A DNA stretch of 64,000 nucleotides from Camelus dromedarius (taxonomy: Eukaryota), in NCBI RefSeq assembly GCF_036321535.1, contig NC_087437.1:97094001-97158000 (forward strand), in the 5' to 3' direction. This document shows, piece after piece, positions 12,453 through 25,522 of the stretch. Under the pieces are notes generated by a model. It had not been told where the DNA came from and made no database searches. It saw nothing but the letters and a program-made list of their open reading frames with translations. Within the stretch, counting starts at the first letter, position 1. Each line of letters starts with the position of its first letter. The position numbers and the translations under genes are program-made.

Positions 12453-12971
12453 TGTAATAGGAAAGAAAAAAGATCTGATCCCATATTAGATCTGTTCCTT
12501 TGACTTTAACCCCGAGCTTTGTTTCCTAGGCTTAGTCTTGCTGGTTTTGCATCTTTTGTAAAAGAATGTTGCCTAGAGCCTGAAATATACAGGATAGCCT
12601 GTTCCCAAGGCTCTGACCGTTAAGGGTTTTAACAATTTTGCATTCACATAAAGATGAAAAGTTGCAGAATGGAAAATAATGTTTGTTCCCTCTTGGAGGT
12701 TTACAGGGACACCATGACCTGACCCATGTGGACAGCTGCAAGAACAAAGGATTCCAGCACCAAGAAATTTGCAACAACCATACCCCCTTCCCCTTTTAGC
12801 ATAAAAGGAGCCTGAATTCTGACTTGGGGAGGTGGTTCTCCAGAACATTAGTCTGCCATCCTCTTGGTCTGCTGGCTTTCCAAATAGTTGTTATTCCCTG
12901 CCCGCACACCTTATCTCCCGATTTAGTGGCCTGTTTGTGTGGCGAGCAGAGTGAGTTTGGGCTCGGTAACA
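12453..12971 (+). mobile_element. ERV1 solo LTR (MER41-like, artiodactyl type)
   Basis: TG...CA termini (TGTAATAGG...GCTCGGTAACA), 519 bp, 4-bp TSD GATG/GAAG (3/4 match), TATA-like CATAAAA at 12800-12806, and MER41-like U5 end GGCGAGCAGAGTGAGTTTGGGCTCGGTAACA. Confidence 0.8.
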
Positions 12972-13324
12972 GAAGGAGTGGGCTATGATGGTTTAAGAAA
13001 GTAAAAGAGGGATAAAATAATGTCAGATAACTAATTAGAAATAATCAGTCATCAATTGGTTTTGTGCCTGTGCCAGAAAATAGTTTGATAGATTTTTTTA
13101 AATAATATGCTAACGTATTGACTGCAATGGAAGGTACTTTTATAGTTATTTAAAGAGAGACCTTAGAATGAAGCAGCAATGCATGTGGGAGAAAAAAAGT
13201 GGGGAGTTCTTTGTGTCTCTAAATTTAGAGGGAGTAATGATGTAACATTTTTTTTCTGAAAGCAAATATATCCAGAGTAGTAGTAAGAGTAATAAATATA
13301 ACAAATGATAATGACCACAATAAA

Positions 13325-13545
13325 AAAAGCTACTGTTACTGAGTGCTTGTTTTGTGCCAGGCACTGTGCTGAGCTGATTACATCTTATTTAGTCCTTACA
13401 AGGAGACAGGAGGTAGATAATGTACCTCTTACTCCAGAAGGGTAATTTGAGGCTCAGGGAGGTGACCTGAATAGTCAACCAAGATCACACGGCCAGTTAA
13501 CATCCAAACTGAGATTTGTGCTTGGGTTCCTCTGACTCAAATACT
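13325..13545 (-). mobile_element. MIR SINE
   Basis: TTACTGAGTGCTTGTTTTGTGCCAGGCACTGTGCT...TGAGGCTCAGGGAGGTG...CCAAGATCACACGGCCAG...TCTGACTCAAA. Confidence 0.85.
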
Positions 13546-13837
13546 TACACACAAAGTGTTCACAGCCAAGTTATCCGCCTCTCCTTTAAGCTCTTTGCCA
13601 ATAGATGCAACTAGAGGATCTCCCTGCATTCCGAGTCTTACAGTTTATGGACATGGTTGAATTGGTGTATGTTCTAAAAGGGTGGAATGATGAAAGGGCC
13701 TCAGAACCAGGTTTTGTGATATTTAGGAGTATAATTAAGAAAATCCATGATCGTTTTCCCTAAATTACATGCGGAGGCCAATTATGTAAATATATATCAC
13801 CTGAGATATCAGAACCAGATAGGATGCACAGTATTAA

Positions 13838-13940
13838 GGGCAGATAGATTCGGGCTCAATATAAGGAACATTCTGACAACTGCTACTTAACAAAAAGTAA
13901 ACTATCATGCCCAGAAGTAGTAATTCAGGTCATGTGTTGG
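13838..13940 (+). mobile_element. L3/CR1 3' fragment
   Basis: GGCAGATAGATTCGGGCTCAATATAAGGAACATTCTGACAA resembles the L3 3' consensus. Confidence 0.5.
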
Positions 13941-14974
13941 AAGACACTTGTGAATTATAATCAGTTCATATATGTGTATTGGGCCAACAATATTGATCAG
14001 ATGGGAAATTCAGAAAAGAGTGCCTTGTGTTAGAAGAGGGAAAGGCATACACTTCGTGAAAATCAAGAGAAACTCAATTAGGAAATTCAGGAGAGATTAT
14101 GTAGCTCTTGTAGAAAGGAGAAAAGGCCAAAGGAAGAGAAAGCAATACAGCCTAATGACTGCACTGCATTACTTCTAAGGAATTTAAAATGCAGAATTAA
14201 GGTCCTGGAAAACTGCACATGGTCCATTCCCAGCTGATTTGCAAGGAGAGCACCGCTCATTGTAATAGTATTACAGTGAGAAAAGAACTGAAATAAAAAG
14301 TAATTAGATGCAAGCTCAAGTTGTTAAAAATCTGGAAAGAATTTGGGGAAGAATTTATGCCATGGCAATAGAATGAAGACATCATGAAGTTTAAAAATTA
14401 CATTCAAAATTATTGTATAAAAAAGGTCAGATCAGTGTAGACAATACATAGTCATTTATTATATTTTATCACTTGCTCTCCTGGTTTACATTTTATAGAC
14501 AGAAATCTCAGAAATTTCAGATGCACTAGTTCCCTGTATCCGTGAGCCTAGAACAGCGGGACTTATTACAGCCTATGCTTATCCTGTTCATCCTTCTCTT
14601 CTCAGCATCCAACAGCTTTTGGCCAGGGTTGGGGAGAGCAGAACATGAAGTAAACACTCTAATAGTCAAATAGTTACTGATTTTCAAAAGTTTATAAAAG
14701 ATTTGTAAAAAAAAAAAAAAGAGATTCAAAAATGTATTATTAATCAGCAAGTGACTATCATTCACTGACACATACAAAAAGTACACATCACGCAGCAAAA
14801 TCAAACAAATATTTCTGATGGCTTTACATCCCTATGCCCTGCATTGGTAGATGCGGGTAGGGAAGGGATTTAAAACTGCAAATGTCCATGGGGATGCCCT
14901 GTGTATAAATATCATCTAAACTGTTTGTTGCCTTTGAAAATAAGGATTGAGGATGCTACCCTTGGATCAGCAGC

Positions 14975-15082
14975 CTTTAAGAATAGGGACCCTGCTTTGT
15001 GCATTGTATATCTTTTGCAGTAGTCCCGAGTCTGGGACATCAAAGTGCTTGGTACCATGATAAGTATTTGTTGAACTGAATC
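14975..15082 (+). mobile_element. L2 3' end
   Basis: AATAGGGACCCTGCTTTGTGCATTGTATATC...GATAAGTATTTGTTGAACTGAAT. Confidence 0.6.
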
Positions 15083-16099
15083 CATCTCTCTAAGTGTTTA
15101 CGCAGAAGCTTAACATCCTTGGCAGGGATATTCTAAGAAGTTAAGTCTGTTTCTTCCAAACAAATTTTAATTTATTCTATTAATTACTATGGCTATATCT
15201 TTGTAATATTCATGACTGCTCAGCTTTTCTAAGTGTCTTTATATGTCTTACTCTCATCCTGCAATTCTTGGTTGTTCAAAGTGAAGAACCTTGGTTTCTT
15301 CATCAGCCTTAATATGATTGGAAGAGATGCAATTCATTCTTTACCACCTTTTTTAAAAAGTGGTTTCTTGGAGGAGAATCAAAGTGTAAATTCAACATTA
15401 TAAATATAACTTTATTTTGTATAAAATGTACGTTATTTAGAAGAGGGAAAAGACTCATGATACTTGTAAGACATCGTTTTTAAAGAAGAGGCATCATTAT
15501 CCTAATGGTTCAGTGTGCTGTTATACATAAAATATTTCAAAATCGGCATTGCTGTAGGTTGAAGCAGCTTGTAATTTTATTATGACATGTTCTTCCTCAC
15601 AACACAGGCAAAATGTTTTTTTTTTTTCTTCTAACTTAGGTAATTTTGAAACTCCCTGAATAATACTTGAAGATTTTCATGCTTCTTGGAATAAGTTACA
15701 TTCCTTTATTCCTAAACTACAATGAAATCACTGAGGAGTGTCGGAATAGAAGTAAAACCCTGGGAACGCTATTAATACTTTATCATTTCCAGTTCACATG
15801 AGGATGTGAGTTCCATGAAATGCAATTATCACAACAGAGAGTTGATCTTCTTCTTAGTTGGGTTTATTTTGAATATATGATCTTAAACAGCAAAAGCGGA
15901 CCTGTTTCTTCACCTGTGTGGAGTTTTCATGGTGATGGCTATCAACTTGACAGAAATTAGTCTGAAGACTGTCTGCCTCTCAATCAGCGTATCAACTATT
16001 TTGAAGCTTTGAAGCTCAATCACTGTATTTAACCAAAGCAAACCAGTAGATTTTTTTTTTAAATCTAGCAAAATAAAGCTGAAAATCAAGAATGAGGAA

Positions 16100-17090
16100 G
16101 GTATAGGGTTTAATACATGATGTAACTAGAACAGGAATTCTTTAAAAAGAAACTTCCAGGTGACAGAAGGAGAACGGAGCAGTAAGTCTGGAACGCTATC
16201 AGTTCAAAGTAGAAGTCAAACTCCAAGAGAATCAAAGGGACCCCATGCATTAGTTTCAGCTGGAAGATACCAGCTTAGAAGCAAAAGTGGGCGAATGTAT
16301 TTTTTCTGAATGTAAGAAAAATGGTACTAAGTACAAATGTGAAAATCCAAAGCCTCCCAGAAAAACCCCATTCCAGGTAGGAACTAAACTGATTGAGGTA
16401 TGATTTAAGCAACTAATGGTATATAAGGAAAAGAATCCATTTGACCTTTACGTTCGGATCCTTTGAGTGGTACAGGTGCCACAGTATCAAGCCCACAGAG
16501 AATAAGGCAGAACCTTAGCGCACTCATTTGCTGCAGAGGCAATATTTCACTGGCTGTAACCCTTTAGGGGCATTTTGATAGATTGCAATATTTACATTCA
16601 ACCTTTAAGTCAATCTCTGCAAGATTAATTATGGCTATTATGGACCATATGGTGTTGTCAACCTTAACAATATAAAAATAAGAGCACACTACAAAAGTTG
16701 GAAAAGTCTGGGAGAAGAGATTGTGAGATAGATGGAATGATAGGGTGCTAATAGTCTCATCGACATATTGTGTGGTTTCAGATATCTGGATAAAAATTGA
16801 GGGGAGACAGAAATGTAGGGTCTTCGTTGTATTATTTAAAGCTAATAATGCTCAGTGAAAGGATTAAAAATATTGACATAAATACCTAAAACTGGGTAGC
16901 AAATGGGGAAAAGTATAAATAAGCTAAATGCTCTTTTTATTACAAGAAATAAAAAAGTCTAAATGTGATAAATTGAGTAATAAAAGCAGAGCATGTTGTT
17001 AGAACTTTGGAGATGACTATGAGAAGAACAAAAACGGAAAAGGTGAAAAAATGGTTTCTACTGGGAAGGATGATGAGGTATTGGGTCACG
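16100..17090 (+). mobile_element. Ancient L1/HAL1-like fragment(s)
   Basis: A-rich decayed sequence including GTCAACCTTAACAATATAAAAATAAG...GTGCTAATAGTCTCATC; family assignment uncertain. Confidence 0.35.
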
Positions 17091-18977
17091 TACAATTTAT
17101 TTATTTACCTATTCATTATGCACTTGATGAAAATAAAAATTACATACATGTAATAATACAATGTGAATTATACACATTCCATTACAATACAGATCTATAA
17201 GATACACCCATGTTTCACACATACCAAAGCCACAGTCTGAATTATTTTCTTTTGAGATTACTAAAGCTTTTGAAAAAATGAACATATTTTTTGTAACCTA
17301 GAATCATAATATTAGCCATGGAAATGACTAAAGTCACACAAAAAATCCAGTCCATTAGAAATGCTTATATAACTATACTTGAAATCAAACATGACCCATT
17401 CTCTTTACTGACAGCTTAAAATATGCATGTGTATTAATTGCCGCAATACAGACACTTTCACTGAATCGAGTGTGTATGCTTTGGCTTTCTTCCATTCAAA
17501 TTCAGCAAGACTGTCCCCACCCCCTTTTTCTTAGACAGAGTAACCTACTTGGTTATTATTTCTTTATTTCTTATTATTATCTGGGATAGAAATACATAAC
17601 CCTCTTTCCTTTCTGAGGGTTAGGAGTTTCAAGGTTACATACTGACCTGTCCTCCAATTTCTTCGTGCCCAAGGGGGAAAACAAATGGAAGATGAATTTC
17701 TTCTTTAATACATAAAGCTTAGAAATGTGCTACTAAGCCCAGCGGTGAGGATTGCTAATAGGAGACACTAATGTCTCCGTGGAGTACTTTTCTAGAATGT
17801 TAAACGACCCTTTTCTTTCAGAAATCCTTAACAGATTACTGGCTGCCTTGATCAAATGTTTATGGTAATTACTTAAATAAGAATATCTTAGTTGCAAAAA
17901 AAAAAAAAAGGTCAATATAAACTCCACTTTTTAATTTAAGTAATGAGAAATTTATTAAGCCATCTTAATGAATTTTAATCTTTTCATCTTACCCCTCCGC
18001 AGAGCACTTGTGGTTTTATTCCAATTGACATGGAGCATATTTCTATCATAGCACAGCATACTATGTTCTTGTTTCTAGCCATTTACAACCAAAGATGAGA
18101 AGGATCTCTGTTTTGGAGGGGAGCAACCTGTTCTTTGGTACCTCTCCATCAATCTTATCCATGTCCTTAGTTTTAGGAAGTCCATATCATCCCTTGATAT
18201 ATCGTTATTGAAAAGTGCTCTGGAAAAGTTGCAAGCATTTGTCATCCTACCCTCTTTCCTTCTTTGCCATTTGTTTCCATAGCTCCTAGAATGGGTGTTT
18301 CATATCAATTCACTTATGCTTACTCCATTTCATAGAAAAGTTAATAGCACTGACTTCAATTTATTTATTGTTCACTTCGGGTAAAGATTTTCTATAAAAC
18401 AAACATTTTACACTTTTTAAAATAGTCCACTTTTGCTGGTGACAAAATTAGATTTGAACCACCTGCTTGTTGTGTGTGTGCATCAACATCAAATTCACAA
18501 CTCATCATGCCATAAATACTCATGCCTTGGGAACTTGCCAGACACATGTGTTCTTCAGTAATGTGATTTCACCCTGATTCCTCACCATAGAATTGTAACT
18601 CAAGAAAGCAGCTAAACCATTCAGAGCAGACACTTAGAAATGTGCCTTTTGATATTAAGACGTGCATAAGATCAAGGCCCTGCTCATTTTAAAATAAAAT
18701 TAAATCAATTAAATGCTCAAAGCCTATCGTTCTATAAAAGGAGTTTCCCTACACAGTTGTCAGTCTTATTTCAGGTGAATACTGGATGATGGAGCTTAAG
18801 GAAAGTGGGGCACACTGTAAAGTAGAAGATAAGGAAGCAGCCTATAAGCACTTTGCACAGTGCGGTTTGCCTCTAGACACACAATCGCAATATAGGGCAG
18901 CAAAGTGGGACACAGAACAGGAGGCAGCGAGAGAATATTACAGTGTTTAAATAAAAGCATATGTGATGAGACACACA

Positions 18978-19615
18978 CTTTTTATTTTTATCTTTACTTT
19001 TGTTATTACAAGAATAATACATACTCATGTTAAAAAAATACAAACAAGCATAAAAAAAGCCCCCAAAGGAAATTAAAATCCCCCATTCTAACTCACATCC
19101 TCAAACCTACTCCCAGAAATAACTACCGTTAAGGGTCGCCTTCCGACATTTGCAGATACATGTGTATGTATATTCTCTCTTAAGTGGAGAAAAAAAGCTC
19201 CTCATACTCTTTACCTTTTTTCAAAAAAATTCTTTTTCTTAAACGTTTCTCCATATTCTATCTATAGATTCAGCTCACTCTTTCAAACAAGTTCTATTTC
19301 ATTGTATAACTCTACCAATATTTGTTCAGCTCAAACCTCCAAACAGCTCTCTAGGCTAATTCCATTTTGTGTGTGTGATTACAAGTCATACCAAAATAAA
19401 ATGGGCGTCCAGTTTTTCTATAAGTTAAATTTCTTGTAGTAAAAGTCTGGGTCTCCTGGTGTGCATCTTTGGAACTTTGTTAAACATGCCGAAGTTCTTG
19501 CACTGAGAAGCCCTAACTGCCCACTGTTCTCCGGTGCCTGCTCCCCACACCCATGATGTTGCTGGTTATTATTCAGCATTTACTATCTGCCAGTTGATAC
19601 AGAATTTCATTGTTT
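18978..19615 (-). mobile_element. Ancient L1 (L1ME-like) 3' region
   Basis: Reverse-strand L1ME-type landmarks: TAATACATACTCATG...CCCAGAAATAACTACCGTTAA...TATAGATTCAGCTCACTCTTT...AAATTTCTTGTAGTAAAAGTCTGGGTC. Confidence 0.6.
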
Positions 19616-19639
19616 AGATGAATAGAAAATGACAAATCC

Positions 19640-20660
19640 AGTTAAAATCCAGTGTCTCTTTTGTCTACTCAGAGGTATCTTGCTTCTGACTCCAACACTC
19701 CACTGAAACTCCCAAGTTCACAATGATCTTCTTGTCACTGAATTCATTGGTCCCTACATTCTTATTAAAAACCTGGGTAGCATGTGGCACAATGTCTACT
19801 CTCTCCTTGACAGTCACTTGTCCTTGGCTTCCATCTTCCAGTCCATATTGTTGGGTTTTCTCCTGACATTCTGGATTCTCCATTTGGAATCCCCAATAGG
19901 TGCCTCTTCTGCTCATTCATTAAATCTTACTGCTCCTTAATGCTCTGTTTTTGATCCTTTTCTCACTCTAATTATGATTTGTGAAAGACTGGAAACAATC
20001 CTTTAGTCCTTCATTTATATTTATATGCTGATGACTCAAATTTATATCTTTATGCAAGTTCCCTCTCAAGATCTTGAGTTGTTATTTATGTCCTGTACAT
20101 CTTCACATCCAATCTTCCTAACTGGACACATCAGATCTCTATTCTGACACTTTCTTATCTGACCATTCACCACACCTGCTGCTCAAGGCATCCAGAATCA
20201 AGTCCTCCCTTACTAACATCCTTCAATGACTCCCTATTGCTCTTAAGGTCCAAAGTTACTTAATGTATTTTACAAGACACGGCATGATCTGTTTCCAGAT
20301 TAATAGCTTGTATTTCCATTACTAAGACTCTCAGTAATAGAACTAACCAGATAGAACCCAATGGAACTACTTTTAGTACCTTGAAAATCCATTCTCTGTT
20401 TCTTCAGGTTAGATTGAGATATCACCTCCTCTGGGATCCACTCAAATATGGGTCATATATTCCATATGGGTTCATAATAGAATTATTAATATGATAGTTA
20501 CCATACTGCATTATAATTGCTTGCTCAACTGGGTTCCCTCCTCCCTGCTCTCAGTAGACTGTTAGGTTTGTGAGAGGCTTATTGTTTTTTGACTCTTTAC
20601 CATAGCATGAAGCATGAATGACTTGTTCAATAATTAGTAATGTATTAAATACATGAAAAA
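19640..20660 (+). mobile_element. L2 LINE, RT region through 3' end (decayed)
   Basis: CACTCCACTGAAACT...ACAATGATCTTCTTGTCACTGAATTC; RT catalytic motif TATGCTGATGAC (YADD) at 20024-20035; CCTTCAATGACTCCCTATTGCTCTTAAG; TAGACTGTTAGGTTTGTGAG. Confidence 0.8.
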
Positions 20661-21399
20661 TAAAGTTGAAGCTAAAACTTGGCACCCCAACAGTCTTGGC
20701 TATTTCCTCCAAGCTGATTTCCCCCTAGACAACTCATTTCATGTGCATAATAGTACCAATTTAAGGGTCAGAATAAAAGTTGTTACTTAGTGAATTCTAG
20801 ATAATACACTTCTAATCTGTATTGTTCTTTATCAATTAATTTATTCATTACATTCTAATTGGAAATATTTAGAAGATATTAGCACAAAAATATGTTATTG
20901 CTTATAATTTAAATTTTTTCCCTGTATGCTATGGATAAATTCTTGAAAGGGTGTATGCATTAAACATGCGACATATGAGAGGGAACTGCATCTGAAGAGA
21001 CACTACAGTGGTTATTTTGTAAAGGAGACACATGATAAACCTTCACCAACTATTATGGTGAAGACTCATTGTGAGATACAGAGTAAAACTAAAATTTAAT
21101 GAAAAGCCAACAACAAAACCATCCAGGGAGGCTACATCAAGAATTTCATAATTCCAGTCATATGTTGATTACATTATTTATATTTAACATTTAAAAAATC
21201 CAGTTAGATTGTCAGCTGCTTGATGGTAGGGAACATTCTAAAACTTCAAAAAGAAGGAAGGTAGAAAAAAAATCTATGGAGTAAGAGTAAATGAATTTAC
21301 TTTTACATATTTAGACCTTGAAGTGATGGTGGGACTTGGTAAGTGTTTTTAAATATTTGATAACTGCCAGACACACAGATAGACCATACCTAGGACTAA

Positions 21400-21575
21400 C
21401 GGGGGAAGTTTTATGAGGGCAAATATGGATTGAACCTAAGGAATAATCTGCTATTAAATGAATGCTTTTGAAAATGAAACAGGATGCTGCTGGAGGAAGT
21501 GAATCCACTATCACTAAAGATGCTTCAGTGCATTATTGATGGCCACTTATCAAGGTTGATGCAAAGGAAATAGGA
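21400..21575 (+). mobile_element. L3/CR1 3' end
   Basis: GGCAAATATGGATTGAACCTAAGGAATAATC...AAAATGAAACAGGATGCTGCTGGAGGAAGTGAATCCACTATCACTAAAGATG...GATGGCCACTTATCAAGG. Confidence 0.6.
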
Positions 21576-22934
21576 TAAGCTAGAGGAAAGTGTATACTGA
21601 TGCGACAGTCTGAGGTACAAGGATATTTCCTGCTCTACTTGCTACATTGAAACATCAACTTGATTACAATCACTAAGTAATTTAATTAAATAATTCTAGG
21701 AACAAACAGAGCCTTCTCGGAGGAGAGTTGATGGCCTCCTCCCTGCTGCTACACTGGGCATTGTCTCAGGAAAAATCTCTACAGAGGTTATGAAATTGCA
21801 ATGCATTTTTGATAATTATACCTAAAGGCAGTAAAAATTTTTATCATAGCTACTATCGTCTGCTCTTTGGGACCAAGATTATAGGAAATAATGAGGATCT
21901 TGATTAAAGACTTTAGGAGAAAAATTTCAAGAATTCGCTACATTTGCTCAAGAAATTTAAGAGTTGGAACAAATTTGCATTTCACAAAAAATTTTTTAAA
22001 CTTACAATGAAAAATGACAGTGAAAATGGCATTTTAGAAATCATTTGGCATTATTAAATATCCCATTTTAAGTATCAAGTATCTGTTTTTTAATATTCTT
22101 CTTATATCCCAGCCCTTAATAATAATGTGAGATTGAAAACTACAAAATTGTCTAAGAAACATTTCGCTATGTTAGTAATCAATAGTGTCACAGACATATG
22201 TAAAATTTTTTCAGAGAATTAAGAAAAATCGCTCTGTGTTGCTCTTCTAGTAACTTGATAATTATGTACCATCTTATTTCATATACTAAAATCTTACATG
22301 TACTGGAAAACTGAGAATCACATAAACTGCGAATTTGTTCCCAGAATCTAAACTCTAACCCCTAGGGAGTCAGATCTGGCAGTTGAATGGGCTCATCTAA
22401 ACACTTTTCTCACCTTCCCTTTGTCATTGGTGGTGTCCTCCCCACCTCCCATCTGTAATTTCTCAATATACACAGATACCAAAATTTGACTATGGTGAGA
22501 AATAGCTGTTATTTGTCTCATCTTACTCTTCAACTGGATTACTTTCTCCTTGACTTCTTCACTCAACTTTACAAAAACCTCTCTCCAGTTCCAAGCAAGA
22601 AAAATGACAGATGATGAAATATTTCTTCCTGTATTTATTTCTTAGTATTTCAATATTTATTTCTCATTCTCTCCAAGAGAAATAGCCACTCTTTCCCACA
22701 ACCACTGATAGATGTCTGAGATTCTCCTTTGTCATCTCTGTTCTTCAGGGGTGTTCTTCACTTACCGACTTTTAAAGCCAAGGTGCAATCTGCTTCTGTT
22801 TTCCAACTCCTAAACTCTGCCTCTCAGTCCTCTATCAAATTTTACTTTATTTACAGGGCTAGAAATGACATGTGTCCAGATTCAATTAGAAAAAAACAAC
22901 CCAGAATAAATATTGACTACAAAATTTCATTTTG

Positions 22935-23005
22935 TTGTCAGCGCATAGAAAATGCCAGACCCACAGTAAGCTCTCAATGAATGTTTGTTGAATGAATTGA
23001 ATGTG
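22935..23005 (+). mobile_element. L2 3' tail
   Basis: AAATGCCAGACCCACAGTAAGCTCTCAATGAATGTTTGTTGAATGAATTGAATG. Confidence 0.7.
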
Positions 23006-24491
23006 AATAACCATTCTCCTTTTAACTACTGTTTCTCTCCTCCTGGGAGATGGAAGAATCAATACCAATTAAAAGAAGTATTCTGAACATCCAAACACAA
23101 CATGATAAATTTACTTAGGCCAATCATAAAGCAGTGATTTTTAATACACAGCATTCTGAAGAAGTGAAAAGGTGATTGATTTCAGAATATGCAATGCTAT
23201 TAAAACGATACTAATCTCTACCATGTGACTTGCTTTGCATGACATTAAAACAAATAATCCAATCTTACCAGGACTGTAACAGCAGTCATATGACGTCCAT
23301 CACAGAAGATATGCAGTTCTTATCCCCATAGCAACATCTGTAGTACTTATGCAAATCACTTTAAATTAACCTTGATGTGAAAAAAGGTACCCTAGGGATA
23401 ATGCTGTTGTTGTGGCAGTTCAGATGAGTAACATGATTTTCTAATGGAACTCCACAGCAAAAATTAGGATAACAAGATCCTGTTAGCAAATTTTCTTAAT
23501 ATGCATCGATTAAACCATAGGGTCAGTGCTAGTGTGGGGGTAATTAGAGGTATCACAGATAATGAGCTCCCTTACTGATTATTGCCCTCATGTAACCTAG
23601 AATAGTTCATGTAGTGGAATGTGTTTTGAGTAATGTGCAATCTAAAAACATGATATAGTGATAATTTTACATATGTAATTTTAAATTTCAGTTTGAATTT
23701 AGTTCTCTCTCTCTCTTTCTTTTTCATAGGAATATTTTCTATAGTCGACAGAACATGAAAACAAACTTTACCCACCTAGACTATGGCTTAAATCCATGGC
23801 TTAAAAAAAGGCCTGTTTTTTGTAAAACATGTAGTATCGTACAAGTGAAAATACATAGGCTTTAGGGCAAAGTCATGTATTTCTGTCCTGGTTCTAGTAA
23901 ATTGAGATAGTGCTTTAAATGTAATAATTAAAAGTTCATTTGAAAGTTTATACCTAAGGAAAAATAAATATGCTATCAGATTTTGCAAAATGCCGAAGTG
24001 GAAGACCATTTAATTTTAGCACAAGTAAATTATGGATTTTCCTACTAAATATCATCTTTATTTTAAAATAATTTTAAGTGTATTTTAATAAAATATGAAA
24101 TCAGAAACCAAATTATGTGTAGCCTACCTGTAGCAGCTAAATTAGAAAGGAAGAGTATTTTCTGAAAATAAATGTAACTGCTTCTGTGCATTGAATTTTG
24201 AAGAGTCCCTAGAGTAATTAAGTAATTAGGTTTTTGCTTCTGAACTGGATTGCTTAAATATGGGGTAGCTAATTTTCAAAATTGTGAATCCAACTGCTGC
24301 TTGGCCCAAGGGACTAGCATTTGAGAAGGAAATATCACCTTTTGGTGGTTTGGATTTGGCCCAGATCAATATACCAAAGACACAAATGGCAGTAAAATTT
24401 TGTGTAAAGTTAAATTGTTAGAATTCCTTTGGTGAAAATAAAAATAATTTACTGTCAAACACTAAAGATGACGGTGATATAGGGTTGGGTA

Positions 24492-24993
24492 TGTTATTTA
24501 TTCCCTATTGCTGCTATGACAAATTACCAAAAACTTAGGGGCTTAAAACAATAGAAACATATTATCTTATAGTTCTGGAGGTCAGAAGTCCCAATGGATC
24601 TCAATGGGTTAAAATCAAGGTATCAGCAGAGCGGCATTCCTGCTGAAATCTCTAGAAGAAAATCCTTTTATGTGCCTCTTCCAGATTCTAGAGCTCATCA
24701 TCAGTCCTTGGCTCATGACTCAATTCTTCCATCTTCAAAGCTAAACTAGGAACCGTGGGAGTACCCTGTTCCTGCTGCCATATTTCTGGCTCTCTTCTGC
24801 CTCTTTTTCCTGTGTTAGGGGCCCCTTTGATCACCTGAATAAACCAGGCTAATCTTCTTAATTTAAGGTCAATTATTAGCAAACAATTCCATCTTCAATC
24901 TTAATTTCTCTTTGCCCTGTAACCTTATTTATTCTCACGTTCAGAGGATTAGTACACAGACATCTTTGGGCAGGGTTTATACAGTCTACTATA
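24492..24993 (-). mobile_element. MaLR solo LTR (MLT1D-like)
   Basis: CCTATTGCTGCTATGACAAATTACCAAAAACTTAGGGGCTTAAAACAA...TTATAGTTCTGGAGGTCAGAAGTC...TTCCATCTTCAAAGC...GGATTAGTACACAGACATCTTTGGG. Confidence 0.88.
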
Positions 24994-25091
24994 GGTGAAA
25001 TTGCCAAAAATCATTGGGTGAGTAGTGAAGAATTCAGTGTCATTAGTTTTGCTTGGTAACAGGAAATAATACAACTATTTTCCATTGAACT

Positions 25092-25522
25092 TGTTGAAAT
25101 TAGATACAAAATACAGAGTGGACTTGAGATAGAAAGCCATTGAAGCCATGTAAGTGAAACTAAATCTAGCTTATTTCATGAACATAAGTGAAACTTAACT
25201 TAGATTATTTTTGGTAAATGCCTCGGACAATCATAAAAGAAACTTAAGTGATCTTCTTAAAAAGGATATGAGGTAATCATTTTTAACCAGTCGTCTACCA
25301 TCTGGAAACTCCCATTGCAGTAACCAGTCACTGTAAAGGGTAGACAGCGTCCTCATTTTCACTTTGTAAGTCATCCTGTAATTCTTATTCATGAGCTTCG
25401 TATCAGTCTTTGGATGTGGAAGATCCCAGTTTGTGAACTGTTCATATATGCACAATAAACTCTTGCTAAGTACTCTTTATTGACTTGGCGGTTTTAATTT
25501 TGCTATTTCTATATTTTTGATA
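25092..25522 (+). mobile_element. ERV1 solo LTR (MER34/MER110-group-like)
   Basis: Perfect 4-bp TSD AACT (25088-25091 / 25523-25526). Starts TGTTGAAA and ends TTTTGATA (decayed TGACA). AATAAA at 25454-25459 in a TGCACAATAAACTC context. Confidence 0.75.

Noticed and set aside
23268..23340. Minus-strand exon bounded by TACAG and GTAAGA
   Set aside because: It has stops in all three frames and a poor pyrimidine tract; it is better explained as a TF-motif cluster.
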